The notes under the pieces were generated by a model. It was not told where the DNA came from, ran no database searches, and was given only the letters and a program-made list of their open reading frames with translations. Made by a program: the position numbers and the translations under genes. A stretch of 64,000 nt of DNA from the human T2T-CHM13v2.0 reference genome, Homo sapiens: the NCBI RefSeq assembly GCF_009914755.1, contig NC_060948.1; one strand, given 5' to 3'. This document shows positions 1 to 15,100 of the stretch, in pieces; positions within the stretch are counted from its first letter, which is position 1; each line of letters begins with the position of its first letter.

Positions 1-124
1 GGAACGAATGGAGTGAAATTGTATGCAGTAGAAGAGAATAGAATGGAATGCAAGCGAAAGGAAAGGAATGGATTGGAATGGAATGGAATTCATTGGAATG
101 GAAGGGAATGTAGTGTAATGGACA

Positions 125-3100
125 GGCCTGGAATAAAGTGGAATGCTACGGTCTCGAATGGAATAAAAATGTATGGAATGGAATGCAATGAAACGGAATC
201 GAATGTCATAGAATGTAATGGAATGCAAAAAAATGGAATCCAAAATCATTGACTGGAAAGGCTGGGTGTCGAAAGGAATTGACTCCAATGGAATGGAATC
301 GAATGGAATGGAAGTGAATAGAATCGAACTAAATCGAATGGAATGGAATTGATAGGAACGGAATGGAAAGGAATGCAATGATTTGGCATGGAATGGAATC
401 GAATGGCATCGAATGGAATGGAATGGAATGCAATGCAATGGAAAGTATTAGAATGTAATGAACTTTAATGGAATGTACTCGAATGGATTCGACTGGAATG
501 GAATGTTCTGGAAGTGAATGGACTCCAATGGAATGGATTGAAAAGGAATGGAATCGTACGGAATGGAATCTAATGGAATGGAATTAAATGGAAATGAATC
601 AAATTGAATAGCACGAAATTGAATTGAATGGAATCGAATGCAATGGAATCTAATGAAATGGAAAGGAAAGGAATGGAATGGAATGGGCTGGAATGGAAAG
701 GAATCGAAACGAATGGAATGGAATCGAACTGAGGAGACTGGAATGGAATACACTTCAATGGAAGGGAATGTAATGGAAGCTTCTCGAAAAAAATGGAAAC
801 GAATGGAATGGAATTGAATGGAACGGAATAGAGTCGAATGGAATTGAATGGAATGGAATGGACTAGAGTGAAATGGAATCGAACCACAAGGAATGGACAG
901 GAATAGAATGGTCTCGAATTGAACGGAATCGTATGGAATGGCATCAAACCGAATGGAATGGACAGCCACGGAATGGAATGCACTCGAATCCAATGGAGTC
1001 GAAACTAATGGACTGGAATAGAATGGACTCGACTGGTACGGACTCCAATGGAATGGAATCGAATGGAAGGGAATCGAACGGAATGGACTCGAAGGGAAAA
1101 GACTGCAATGGAAAGGTCTCGAATGGAATGGAAATTAATGGAATGGAATGGAATCGAATGAAATGGAGTCAAAAGGAATGGAATCGAATGGCAAGACATC
1201 GAATGTAATGGAATCGCAAGGAATTGATGTGAACGGAACGGAATGGAATGGAATCCAAAGAAATGGAATAGAATGGAATGGAATCGAATGGAAAGGACTC
1301 GAATGGAAATCACTCGAATAGAATGCAATTTAATAAAATAGGATGAAATGTAATGGAATGGAATGGAAAGGAATCGAAACGAAAGGAATGGAGACAGATG
1401 GAATGGAATGGAACAGAGAGCAATGGTATAGAATGGAATGGAATCATCTGGAATGGAATTGAATGGAATGGAATAATATGAAATGGAATGGAATGGAATG
1501 GAATGCCCTTGAATTAAATGGACTGGAATGGAATGGACTCGAACAGAGTGGAATGGAAAGTGTTGAGATAGAATGGAATGGACTCGTTGGGAATGGTCTA
1601 GTATGCAATGCAATCGACTGGCAGGGAATCAAAAGGAATGTAATCGAATGGATTGGACTGGAATGCAATGGACTCGAATAGATTGGAAACGGAATGCAAA
1701 GGAATGGAATGGAATAGTATGGAATGGAATGGAAAGGAATGGAGTGGAATAGACTAGAGTGGAATGGAATGGACTCGAAAGCAATGGACTGGAATGGAAC
1801 TTTCTTGAATGGACTGGAATCAAACGGAATGGAATGCAATGCAATCAAATGGCATGGAATAAAATAGAATGAAAGAGAATCAAATGGAATGGAATCGAAT
1901 GGAATCGAATGGATTGGAAAGGAATAGAATGGAATGGAATGGAATTGATTCAAATGGAATGGACTAGAATGGAATGGATTCGAATGGAAGGCAAAGGAAT
2001 GGAATCTATTGGAATGGACTGCAATGGAATGGAATGGAAGGGATTGGAATGGACTCGAATGGAATGGACTGCAATAGAAAGGATTCGAATGGCATGAAAA
2101 AGAATTGAATGGAATAGAACAGAATGGAATCAAATCGAATGAAATGGAATGGAATAGAAAGGAATGGAATGAAATGGAATGGAAAGGATTCGAATGGAAT
2201 GCAATCGAATGGAATGGAATCGAACGGAATGGAATAAAATGGAAGCAAACTGGCAAGAAATGGAATCGAAATGAATGGAGTGTTATGGATCGGACTCAAA
2301 ATGAATTGAATGTAATAGAATGGAGTGGAGTGGACTCGAATATAATGGACTGGAATGGAATGAAATCACATGGAATGGGAACGAATGGAATGGAATGGAA
2401 AGGAATGGAATCGAATGGAAAGGAATCGAATGGAAGGGAATGAAATTGAATCAACAGGAATGGAAGGGAATAGAATAGACGGTAATGGAATGGACTCGAA
2501 TAGAATGGACACGAATGCTCAAATTGAATGGACTCGAATGGAATGGAAACGAAAGGAATGTCATCGAATGGAATGGAATCGATTGGAATGAAATCGCATA
2601 GAATGGAGTGGAATCAAATGGAATTGAATCGAAAGGAAAGGAAGCGAATGGACTGAAATGAAATGGAATGGAATTGAATGGAAAGTAATGCAATGGAATA
2701 GAATGGAACGAAATTTCACGGAATGGAATCAAACTGAATGGAATCAAATCAATGGAATCAAATCAAATGGAATGGAAAGGAATTGAATGGAGTAGATGGG
2801 ATTGGATGGGATTGGAATGAAATGTACTGGAAAGGACTCGAATTTCATGAAACGGAATGGAATGAATTGGAACGGAATGGACTCGAATGGAATGGAATGT
2901 CATGGAATGGCATCAAATGGAATGGCATCAAATGGAATGGAATCGAATGCAATGGAATGCTATGGAATGGAATGGAATGCATTGGAATGGAATGTCCTCT
3001 AATGGAATGGATTCGAGTGGAATGGAATCGAATATAATGGAGTCGAATGAAATGGAATTGAAAGGAATGGGATCGAATACAATGGAATATACTGGAATGT

Positions 3101-6100
3101 AATGTAATGAACTCGAATGTAATTGACTGGAATGGAATGTACATGAATGGAATGTAATCGAATGGAAAGTAATCCAATGGAATAGAATCTAATGCAATAA
3201 AATCGACTCAGATAGAGTAGAATGTAATGGAATGGAGTGCAGTGCAATGGAATGGAATGGAATGGAATGCAATGGAATGGAATGGAATGGGATGGAATGG
3301 TATGGAATGGATAGTAATGGACTGGAGTGAAATGGACTGGAAAGGAATGGACTCAAATTGAAAGGGCTCGAAAGGAATGGAGTCAAATGGAATGGTCTGG
3401 AATGGAATGAACACGAATGTAATGCAATCCAATAGAATGGAATCGAATGGCATGGAATATAAAGAAATGGAATCGAAGAGAATGGAAACAAACGGAATGG
3501 AATTGAATGGAATGGAATTGAATGGAATGGGAACGAATGGAGTGAAATTGTATGCAGTAGAAGAGAATAGAATGGAATGCAAGCGAAAGGAAAGGAATGG
3601 ATTGGAATGGAATGGAATTCATTGGAATGGAAGGGAATGTAGTGTAATGGACAGGCCTGGAATAAAGTGGAATGCTACGGTCTCGAATGGAATAAAAATG
3701 TATGGAATGGAATGCAATGAAACGGAATCGAATGTCATAGAATGTAATGGAATGCAAAAAAATGGAATCCAAAATCATTGACTGGAAAGGCTGGGTGTCG
3801 AAAGGAATTGACTCCAATGGAATGGAATCGAATGGAATGGAAGTGAATAGAATCGAACTAAATCGAATGGAATGGAATTGATAGGAACGGAATGGAAAGG
3901 AATGCAATGATTTGGCATGGAATGGAATCGAATGGCATCGAATGGAATGGAATGGAATGCAATGCAATGGAAAGTATTAGAATGTAATGAACTTTAATGG
4001 AATGTACTCGAATGGATTCGACTGGAATGGAATGTTCTGGAAGTGAATGGACTCCAATGGAATGGATTGAAAAGGAATGGAATCGTACGGAATGGAATCT
4101 AATGGAATGGAATTAAATGGAAATGAATCAAATTGAATAGCACGAAATTGAATTGAATGGAATCGAATGCAATGGAATCTAATGAAATGGAAAGGAAAGG
4201 AATGGAATGGAATGGGCTGGAATGGAAAGGAATCGAAACGAATGGAATGGAATCGAACTGAGGAGACTGGAATGGAATACACTTCAATGGAAGGGAATGT
4301 AATGGAAGGTTCTCGAAAAAAATGGAAACGAATGGAATGGAATTGAATGGAACGGAATAGAGTCGAATGGAATTGAATGGAATGGAATGGACTAGAGTGA
4401 AATGGAATCGAACCACAAGGAATGGACAGGAATAGAATGGTCTCGAATTGAACGGAATCGTACGGAATGGCATCAAACGGAATGGAATGGACAGCCACGG
4501 AATGGAATGCACTCGAGTCCAATGGAGTCGAAACTAATGGACTGGAATAGAATGGACTCGACTGGTACGGACTCCAATGGAATGGAATCGAATGGAAGGG
4601 AATCGAACGGAATGGACTCGAAGGGAAAAGACTGCAATGGAAAGGTCTCGAATGGAATGGAAATTAATGGAATGGAATGGAATCGAATGAAATGGAGTCA
4701 AAAGGAATGGAATCGAATGGCAAGACATCGAATGTAATGGAATCGCAAGGAATTGATGTGAACGGAACGGAATGGAATGGAATCCAAAGAAATGGAATAG
4801 AATGGAATGGAATCGAATGGAAAGGACTCGAATGGAAATCACTCGAATAGAATGCAATTTAATAAAATAGGATGAAATGTAATGGAATGGAATGGAAAGG
4901 AATCGAAACGAAAGGAATGGAGACAGATGGAATGGAATGGAACAGAGAGCAATGGTATAGAATGGAATGGAATCATCTGGAATGGAATTGAATGGAATGG
5001 AATAATATGAAATGGAATGGAATGGAATGGAATGCCCTTGAATTAAATGGACTGGAATGGAATGGACTCGAACAGAGTGGAATGGAAAGTGTTGAGATAG
5101 AATGGAATGGACTCGTTGGGAATGGTCTAGTATGCAATGCAATCGACTGGCAGGGAATCAAAAGGAATGTAATCGAATGGATTGGACTGGAATGCAATGG
5201 ACTCGAATAGATTGGAAACGGAATGCAAAGGAATGGAATGGAATAGTATGGAATGGAATGGAAAGGAATGGAGTGGAATAGACTAGAGTGGAATGGAATG
5301 GACTCGAAAGCAATGGACTGGAATGGAACTTTCTTGAATGGACTGGAATCAAACGGAATGGAATGCAATGCAATCAAATGGCATGGAATAAAATAGAATG
5401 AAAGAGAATCAAATGGAATGGAATCGAATGGAATCGAATGGATTGGAAAGGAATAGAATGGAATGGAATGGAATTGATTCAAATGGAATGGACTAGAATG
5501 GAATGGATTCGAATGGAAGGCAAAGGAATGGAATCTATTGGAATGGACTGCAATGGAATGGAATGGAAGGGATTGGAATGGACTCGAATGGAATGGACTG
5601 CAATAGAAAGGATTCGAATGGCATGAAAAAGAATTGAATGGAATAGAACAGAATGGAATCAAATCGAATGAAATGGAATGGAATAGAAAGGAATGGAATG
5701 AAATGGAATGGAAAGGATTCGAATGGAATGCAATCGAATGGAATGGAATCGAACGGAATGGAATAAAATGGAAGCAAACTGGCAAGAAATGGAATCGAAA
5801 TGAATGGAGTGTTATGGATCGGACTCAAAATGAATTGAATGTAATAGAATGGAGTGGAGTGGACTCGAATATAATGGACTGGAATGGAATGAAATCACAT
5901 GGAATGGGAACGAATGGAATGGAATGGAAAGGAATGGAATCGAATGGAAAGGAATCGAATGGAAGGGAATGAAATTGAATCAACAGGAATGGAAGGGAAT
6001 AGAATAGACGGTAATGGAATGGACTCGAATAGAATGGACACGAATGCTCAAATTGAATGGACTCGAATGGAATGGAAACGAAAGGAATGTCATCGAATGG

Positions 6101-9100
6101 AATGGAATCGATTGGAATGAAATCGCATAGAATGGAGTGGAATCAAATGGAATTGAATCGAAAGGAAAGGAAGCGAATGGACTGAAATGAAATGGAATGG
6201 AATTGAATGGAAAGTAATGCAATGGAATAGAATGGAACGAAATTTCACGGAATGGAATCAAACTGAATGGAATCAAATCAATGGAATATAATCAAATGGA
6301 ATGGAAAGGAATTGAATGGAGTAGATGGGATTGGATGGGATTGGAATGAAATGTACTGGAAAGGACTCGAATTTCATGAAACGGAATGGAATGAATTGGA
6401 ACGGAATGGACTCGAATGGAATGGAATGTCATGGAATGGCATCAAATGGAATGGCATCAAATGGAATGGAATCGAATGCAATGGAATGCTATGGAATGGA
6501 ATGGAATGCATTGGAATGGAATGTCCTCTAATGGAATGGATTCGAGTGGAATGGAATCGAATATAATGGAGTCGAATGAAATGGAATTGAAAGGAATGGG
6601 ATCGAATACAATGGAATATACTGGAATGTAATGTAATGAACTCGAATGTAATTGACTGGAATGGAATGTACATGAATGGAACGTAATCGAATGGAAAGTA
6701 ATCCAATGGAATAGAATCTAATGCAATAAAATCGACTCAGATAGAGTAGAATGTAATGGAATGGAGTGCAGTGCAATGGAATGGAATGGAATGGAATGCA
6801 ATGGAATGGAATGGAATGGGATGGAATGGTATGGAATGGATAGTAATGGACTGGAGTGAAATGGACTGGAAAGGAATGGACTCAAATTGAAAGGGCTCGA
6901 AAGGAATGGAGTCAAATGGAATGGTCTGGAATGGAATGAACACGAATGTAATGCAATCCAATAGAATGGAATCGAATGGCATGGAATAAAAAGAAATGCA
7001 ATCGAAGAGAATGGAAACAAACGGAATGGAATTGAATGGAATGGAATTGAATGGAATGGGAACGAATGGAGTGAAATTGTATGCAGTAGAAGAGAATAGA
7101 ATGGAATGCAAGCGAAAGGAAAGGAATGGATTGGAATGGAATGGAATTCATTGGAATGGAAGGGAATGTAGTGTAATGGACAGGCCTGGAATAAAGTGGA
7201 ATGCTACGGTCTCGAATGGAATAAAAATGTATGGAATGGAATGTAATGAAACGGAATCGAATGTCATAGAATGTAATGGAATGCAAAAAAATGGAATCCA
7301 AAATCATTGACTGGAAAGGCTGGGTGTCGAAAGGAATTGACTCCAATGGAATGGAATCGAATGGAATGGAAGTGAATAGAATCGAACTAAATCGAATGGA
7401 ATGGAATTGATAGGAACGGAATGGAAAGGAATGCAATGATTTGGCATGGAATGGAATCGAATGGCATCGAATGGAATGGAATGGAATGCAATGCAATGGA
7501 AAGTATTAGAATGTAATGAACTTTAATGGAATGTACTCGAATGGATTCGACTGGAATGGAATGTTCTGGAAGTGAATGGACTCCAACGGAATGGATTGAA
7601 AAGGAATGGAATCGTACGGAATGGAATCTAATGGAATGGAATTAAATGGAAATGAATCAAATTGAATAGCACGAAATTGAATTGAATGGAATCGAATGCA
7701 ATGGAATCTAATGAAATGGAAAGGAAAGGAATGGAATGGAATGGGCTGGAATGGAAAGGAATCGAAACGAATGGAATGGAATCGAACTGAGGAGACTGGA
7801 ATGGAATACACTTCAATGGAAGGGAATGTAATGGAAGGTTCTCGAAAAAAATGGAAACGAATGGAATGGAATTGAATGGAACGGAATAGAGTCGAATGGA
7901 ATTGAATGGAATGGAATGGACTAGAGTGAAATGGAATCGAACCACAAGGAATGGACAGGAATAGAATGGTCTCGAATTGAACGGAATCGTATGGAATGGC
8001 ATCAAACGGAATGGAATGGACAGCCACGGAATGGAATGCACTCGAATCCAATGGAGTCGAAACTAATGGACTGGAATAGAATGGACTCGACTGGTACGGA
8101 CTCCAATGGAATGGAATCGAATGGAAGGGAATCGAACGGAATGGACTCGAAGGGAAAAGACTGCAATGGAAAGGTCTCGAATGGAATGGAAATTAATGGA
8201 ATGGAATGGAATCGAATGAAATGGAGTCAAAAGGAATGGAATCGAATGGCAAGACATCGAATGTAATGGAATCGCAAGGAATTGATGTGAACGGAACGGA
8301 ATGGAATGGAATCCAAAGAAATGGAATAGAATGGAATGGAATCGAATGGAAAGGACTCGAATGGAAATCACTCGAATAGAATGCAATTTAATAAAATAGG
8401 ATGAAATGTAATGGAATGGAATGGAAAGGAATCGAAACGAAAGGAATGGAGACAGATGGAATGGAATGGAACAGAGAGCAATGGTATAGAATGGAATGGA
8501 ATCATCTGGAATGGAATTGAATGGAATGGAATAATATGAAATGGAATGGAATGGAATGGAATGCCCTTGAATTAAATGGACTGGAATGGAATGGACTCGA
8601 ACAGAGTGGAATGGAAAGTGTTGAGATAGAATGGAATGGACTCGTTGGGAATGGTCTAGTATGCAATGCAATCGACTGGCAGGGAATCAAAAGGAATGTA
8701 ATCGAATGGATTGGACTGGAATGCAATGGACTCGAATAGATTGGAAACGGAATGCAAAGGAATGGAATGGAATAGTATGGAATGGAATGGAAAGGAATGG
8801 AGTGGAATAGACTAGAGTGGAATGGAATGGACTCGAAAGCAATGGACTGGAATGGAACTTTCTTGAATGGACTGGAATCAAACGGAATGGAATGCAATGC
8901 AATCAAATGGCATGGAATAAAATAGAATGAAAGAGAATCAAATGGAATGGAATCGAATGGAATCGAATGGTTTGGAAAGGAATAGAATGGAATGGAATGG
9001 AATTGATTCAAATGGAATGGACTAGAATGGAATGGATTCGAATGGAAGGCAAAGGAATGGAATCTATTGGAATGGACTGCAATGGAATGGAATGGAAGGG

Positions 9101-12100
9101 ATTGGAATGGACTCGAATGGAATGGACTGCAATAGAAAGGATTCGAATGGCATGAAAAAGAATTGAATGGAATAGAACAGAATGGAATCAAATCGAATGA
9201 AATGGAATGGAATAGAAAGGAATGGAATGAAATGGAATGGAAAGGATTCGAATGGAATGCAATCGAATGGAATGGAATCGAACGGAATGGAATAAAATGG
9301 AAGCAAACTGGCAAGAAATGGAATCGAAATGAATGGAGTGTTATGGATCGGACTCAAAATGAATTGAATGTAATAGAATGGAGTGGAGTGGACTCGAATA
9401 TAATGGACTGGAATGGAATGAAATCACATGGAATGGGAACGAATGGAATGGAATGGAAAGGAATGGAATCGAATGGAAAGGAATCGAATGGAAGGGAATG
9501 AAATTGAATCAACAGGAATGGAAGGGAATAGAATAGACGGTAATGGAATGGACTCGAATAGAATGGACACGAATGCTCAAATTGAATGGACTCGAATGGA
9601 ATGGAAACGAAAGGAATGTCATCGAATGGAATGGAATCGATTGGAATGAAATCGCATAGAATGGAGTGGAATCAAATGGAATTGAATCGAAAGGAAAGGA
9701 AGCGAATGGACTGAAATGAAATGGAATGGAATTGAATGGAAAGTAATGCAATGGAATAGAATGGAACGAAATTTCACGGAATGGAATCAAACTGAATGGA
9801 ATCAAATCAATGGAATCAAATCAAATGGAATGGAAAGGAATTGAATGGAGTAGATGGGATTGGATGGGATTGGAATGAAATGTACTGGAAAGGACTCGAA
9901 TTTCATGAAACGGAATGGAATGAATTGGAACGGAATGGACTCGAATGGAATGGAATGTCATGGAATGGCATCAAATGGAATGGCATCAAATGGAATGGAA
10001 TCGAATGCAATGGAATGCTATGGAATGGAATGGAATGCATTGGAATGGAATGTCCTCTAATGGAATGGATTCGAGTGGAATGGAATCGAATATAATGGAG
10101 TCGAATGAAATGGAATTGAAAGGAATGGGATCGAATACAATGGAATATACTGGAATGTAATGTAATGAACTCGAATGTAATTGACTGGAATGGAATGTAC
10201 ATGAATGGAATGTAATCGAATGGAAAGTAATCCAATGGAATAGAATCTAATGCAATAAAATCGACTCAGATAGAGTAGAATGTAATGGAATGGAGTGCAG
10301 TGCAATGGAATGGAATGGAATGCAATGCAATGGAATGGAATGGAATGGAATGGAATGGTATGGAATGGATAGTAATGGACTGGAGTGAAATGGACTGGAA
10401 AGGAATGGACTCAAATTGAAAGGGCTCGAAAGGAATGGAGTCAAATGGAATGGTCTGGAATGGAATGAACACGAATGTAATGCAATCCAATAGAATGGAA
10501 TCGAATGGCATGGAATATAAAGAAATGCAATCGAAGAGAATGGAAACAAAAGGAATGGAATTGAATGGAATGGAATTGAATGGAATGGGAACGAATGGAG
10601 TGAAATTGTATGCAGTAGAAGAGAATAGAATGGAATGCAAGCGAAAGGAAAGGAATGGATTGGAATGGAATGGAATTCATTGGAATGGAAGGGAATGTAG
10701 TGTAATGGACAGGCCTGGAATAAAGTGGAATGCTACGGTCTCGAATGGAATAAAAATGTATGGAATGGAATGCAATGAAACGGAATCGAATGTCATAGAA
10801 TGTAATGGAATGCAAAAAAATGGAATCCAAAATCATTGACTGGAAAGGCTGGGTGTCGAAAGGAATTGACTCCAATGGAATGGAATCGAATGGAATGGAA
10901 GTGAATAGAATCGAACTAAATCGAATGGAATGGAATTGATAGGAACGGAATGGAAAGGAATGCAATGATTTGGCATGGAATGGAATCGAATGGCATCGAA
11001 TGGAATGGAATGGAATGCAATGCAATGGAATGTATTAGAATGTAATGAACTTTAATGGAATGTACTCGAATGGATTCGACTGGAATGGAATGTTCTGGAA
11101 GTGAATGGACTCCAATGGAATGGATTGAAAAGGAATGGAATCGTACGGAATGGAATCTAATGGAATGGAATTAAATGGAAATGAATCAAATTGAATAGCA
11201 CGAAATTGAATTGAATGGAATCGAATGCAATGGAATCTAATGAAATGGAAAGGAAAGGAATGGAATGGAATGGGCTGGAATGGAAAGGAATCGAAACGAA
11301 TGGAATGGAATCGAACTGAGGAGACTGGAATGGAATACACTTCAATGGAAGGGAATGTAATGGAAGCTTCTCGAAAAAAATGGAAACGAATGGAATGGAA
11401 TTGAATGGAACGGAATAGAGTCGAATGGAATTGAATGGAATGGAATGGACTAGAGTGAAATGGAATCGAACCACAAGGAATGGACAGGAATAGAATGGTC
11501 TCGAATTGAACGGAATCGTATGGAATGGCATCAAACGGAATGGAATGGACAGCCACGGAATGGAATGCACTCGAATGCAATGGAGTCGAAACTAATGGAC
11601 TGGAATAGAATGGACTCGACTGGTACGGACTCCAATGGAATGGAATCGAATGGAAGGGAATCGAACGGAATGGACTCGAAGGGAAAAGACTGCAATGGAA
11701 AGGTCTCGAATGGAATGGAAATTAATGGAATGGAATGGAATCGAATGAAATGGAGTCAAAAGGAATGTAATCGAATGGCAAGAAATCGAATGTAATGGAA
11801 TCGCAAGGAATTGATGTGAACGGAACGGAATGGAATGGAATCCAAAGAAATGGAATAGAATGGAATGGAATCGAATGGAAAGGACTCGAATGGAAATCAC
11901 TCGAATAGAATGCAATTTAATAAAATAGGATGAAATGTAATGGAATGGAATGGAAAGGAATCGAAACGAAAGGAATGGAGACAGATGGAATGGAATGGAA
12001 CAGAGAGCAATGGTATAGAATGGAATGGAATCATCTGGAATGGAATTGAATGGAATGGAATAATATGAAATGGAATGGAATGGAATGGAATGCCCTTGAA

Positions 12101-15100
12101 TTAAATGGACTGGAATGGAATGGACTCGAACAGAGTGGAATGGAAAGTGTTGAGATAGAATGGAATGGACTCGTTGGGAATGGTCTAGTATGCAATGCAA
12201 TCGACTGGCAGGAAATTAAAAGGAATGTAATCGAATGGATTGGACTGGAATGCAATGGACTCGAATAGATTGGAAACGGAATGCAAAGGAATGGAATGGA
12301 ATAGTATGGAAAGGAATGGAAAGGAATGGAGTGGAATAGACTAGAGTGGAATGGAATGGACTCGAAAGCAATGGACTGGAATGGAACATTCTTGAATGGA
12401 CTGGAATCAAACGGAATGGAATGCAATGCAATCAAATGGCATGGAATAAAATAGAATGAAAGAGAATCAAATGGAATGGAATCGAGTGGAATCGAATGGA
12501 TTGGAAAGGAATAGAATGGAATGGAATGGAATTGACTCAAATGGAATGGACTAGAATGGAATGGATTCGAATGTAAGGCAATGGAATGGAATCTATTGGA
12601 ATGGCCTGCAATGGAATGGAATGGAAGGGATTGGAATGGACTCGAATGGAATGGACTGCAATAGAAAGGATTCGAATGGCATGAAAAAGAATTGAATTGA
12701 ATAGAACAGAATGGAATCAAATCGAATGAAATGGAATGGAATAGAAAGGAATGGAATGAAATGGAATGGAAAGGATTCGAATGGAATGCAATCGAATGGA
12801 ATGGAATCGAACGGAATGGAATAAAATGGAAGCAAACTGGCAAGAAATGGAATCGAAATGAATGGAGTGTTATGGATCGGACTCAAAATGAATTGAATGT
12901 AATAGAATGGAGTGGAGTGGACTCGAATATAATGGACTGGAATGGAATGAAATCACATGGAATGGGAACGAATGGAATGGAATGGAAAGGAATGGAATCG
13001 AATGGAAAGGAATCGAATGGAAGGGAATGAAATTGAATCAACAGGAATGGAAGGGAATAGAATAGACGGTAATGGAATGGACTCGAATAGAATGGACACG
13101 AATGCTCAAATTGAATGGACTCGAATGGAATGGAAACGAAAGGAATGTCATCGAATGGAATGGAATCGATTGGAATGAAATCGCATAGAATGGAGTGGAA
13201 TCAAATGGAATTGAATCGAAAGGAAAGGAAGCGAATGGACTGAAATGAAATGGAATGGAATTGAATGGAAAGTAATGCAATGGAATAGAATGGAACGAAA
13301 TTTCACGGAATGGAATCAAACTGAATGGAATCAAATCAATGGAATATAAACAAATGGAATGGAAAGGAATTGAATGGAGTAGATGGGATTGGATGGGATT
13401 GGAATGAAATATACTGGAAAGGACTCGAATTTCATGAAACGGAATGGAATGAATTGGAACGGAATGGACTCGAATGGAATGGAATGTCATGGAATGGCAT
13501 CAAATGGAATGGCATCAAATGGAATGGAATCGAATGCAATGGAATGCTATGGAATGGAATGGTATGCATTGGAATGGAATGTCCTCTAATGGAATGGATT
13601 CGAGTGGAATGGAATCGAATATAATGGAGTCGAATGAAATGGAATTGAAAGGAATGGGATCGAATACAATGGAATATACTGGAATGTAATGTAATGAACT
13701 CGAATGTAATTGACTGGAATGGAATGTACATGAATGGAATGTAATCGAATGGAAAGTAATCCAATGGAATAGAATCTAATGCAATAAAATCGAATCAGAT
13801 AGAGTAGAATGTAATGGAATGGAGTGCAGTGCAATGGAATGGAATGGAATGGAATGCAATGGAATGGAATGGAATGGGATGGAATGGTATGGAATGGATA
13901 GTAATGGACTGGAATGAAATGGACTGGAAAGGAATGGACTCAAATTGAAAGGGCTCGAAAGGAATGGAGTCAAATGGAATGGTCTGGAATGGAATGAACA
14001 CGAATGTAATGCAATCCAATAGAATGGAATCGAATGGCATGGAATATAAAGAAATGCAATCGAAGAGAGTGGAAACAAACGGAATGGAATTGAATGGAAT
14101 GGAATTGAATGGAATGGGAACGAATGGAGTGAAATTGTATGCAGTAGAAGAGAATAGAATGGAATGCAAGCGAAAGGAAAGGAATGGATTGGAATGGAAT
14201 GGAATTCATTGGAATGGAAGGGAATGTAGTGTAATGGACAGGCCTGGAATAAAGTGGAATGCTACGGTCTCGAATGGAATAAAAATGTATGGAATGGAAT
14301 GCAATGAAACGGAATCGAATGTCATAGAATGTAATGGAATGCAAAAAAATGGAATCCAAAATCATTGACTGGAAAGGCTGGGTGTCGAAAGGAATTGACT
14401 CCAATGGAATGGAATCGAATGGAATGGAAGTGAATAGAATCGAACTAAATCGAATGGAATGCAATTGATAGGAACGGAATGGAAAGGAATGCAATGATTT
14501 GGCATGGAATGGAATCGAATGGCATCGAATGGAATGGAATGGAATGCAATGCAATGGAATGTATTAGAATGTAATGAACTTTAATGGAATGTACTCGAAT
14601 GGATTCGACTGGAATGGAATGTTCTGGAAGTGAATGGACTCCAATGGAATGGATTGAAAAGGAATGGAATCGTACGGAATGGAATCTAATGGAATGGAAT
14701 TAAATGGAAATGAATCAAATTGAATAGCACGAAATTGAATTGAATGGAATCGAATGCAATGGAATCTAATGAAATGGAAAGGAAAGGAATGGAATGGAAT
14801 GGGCTGGAATGGAAAGGAATCGAAACGAATGGAATGGAATCGAACTGAGGAGACTGGAATGGAATACACTTCAATGGAAGGGAATGTAATGGAAGGTTCT
14901 CGAAAAAAATGGAAACGAATGGAATGGAATTGAATGGAACGGAATAGAGTCGAATGGAATTGAATGGAATGGAATGGACTAGAGTGAAATGGAATCGAAC
15001 CACAAGGAATGGACAGGAATAGAATGGTCTCGAATTGAACGGAATCGTATGGAATGGCATCAAACGGAATGGAATGGACAGCCACGGAATGGAATGCACT

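Noticed and set aside
1329-1342. AATAAA polyadenylation-like motifs (also ~132, ~1858, ~3195 in each unit)
   Set aside because: They arise readily from GGAAT+AAAAT pentamer variants, and there is no supporting transcript structure.
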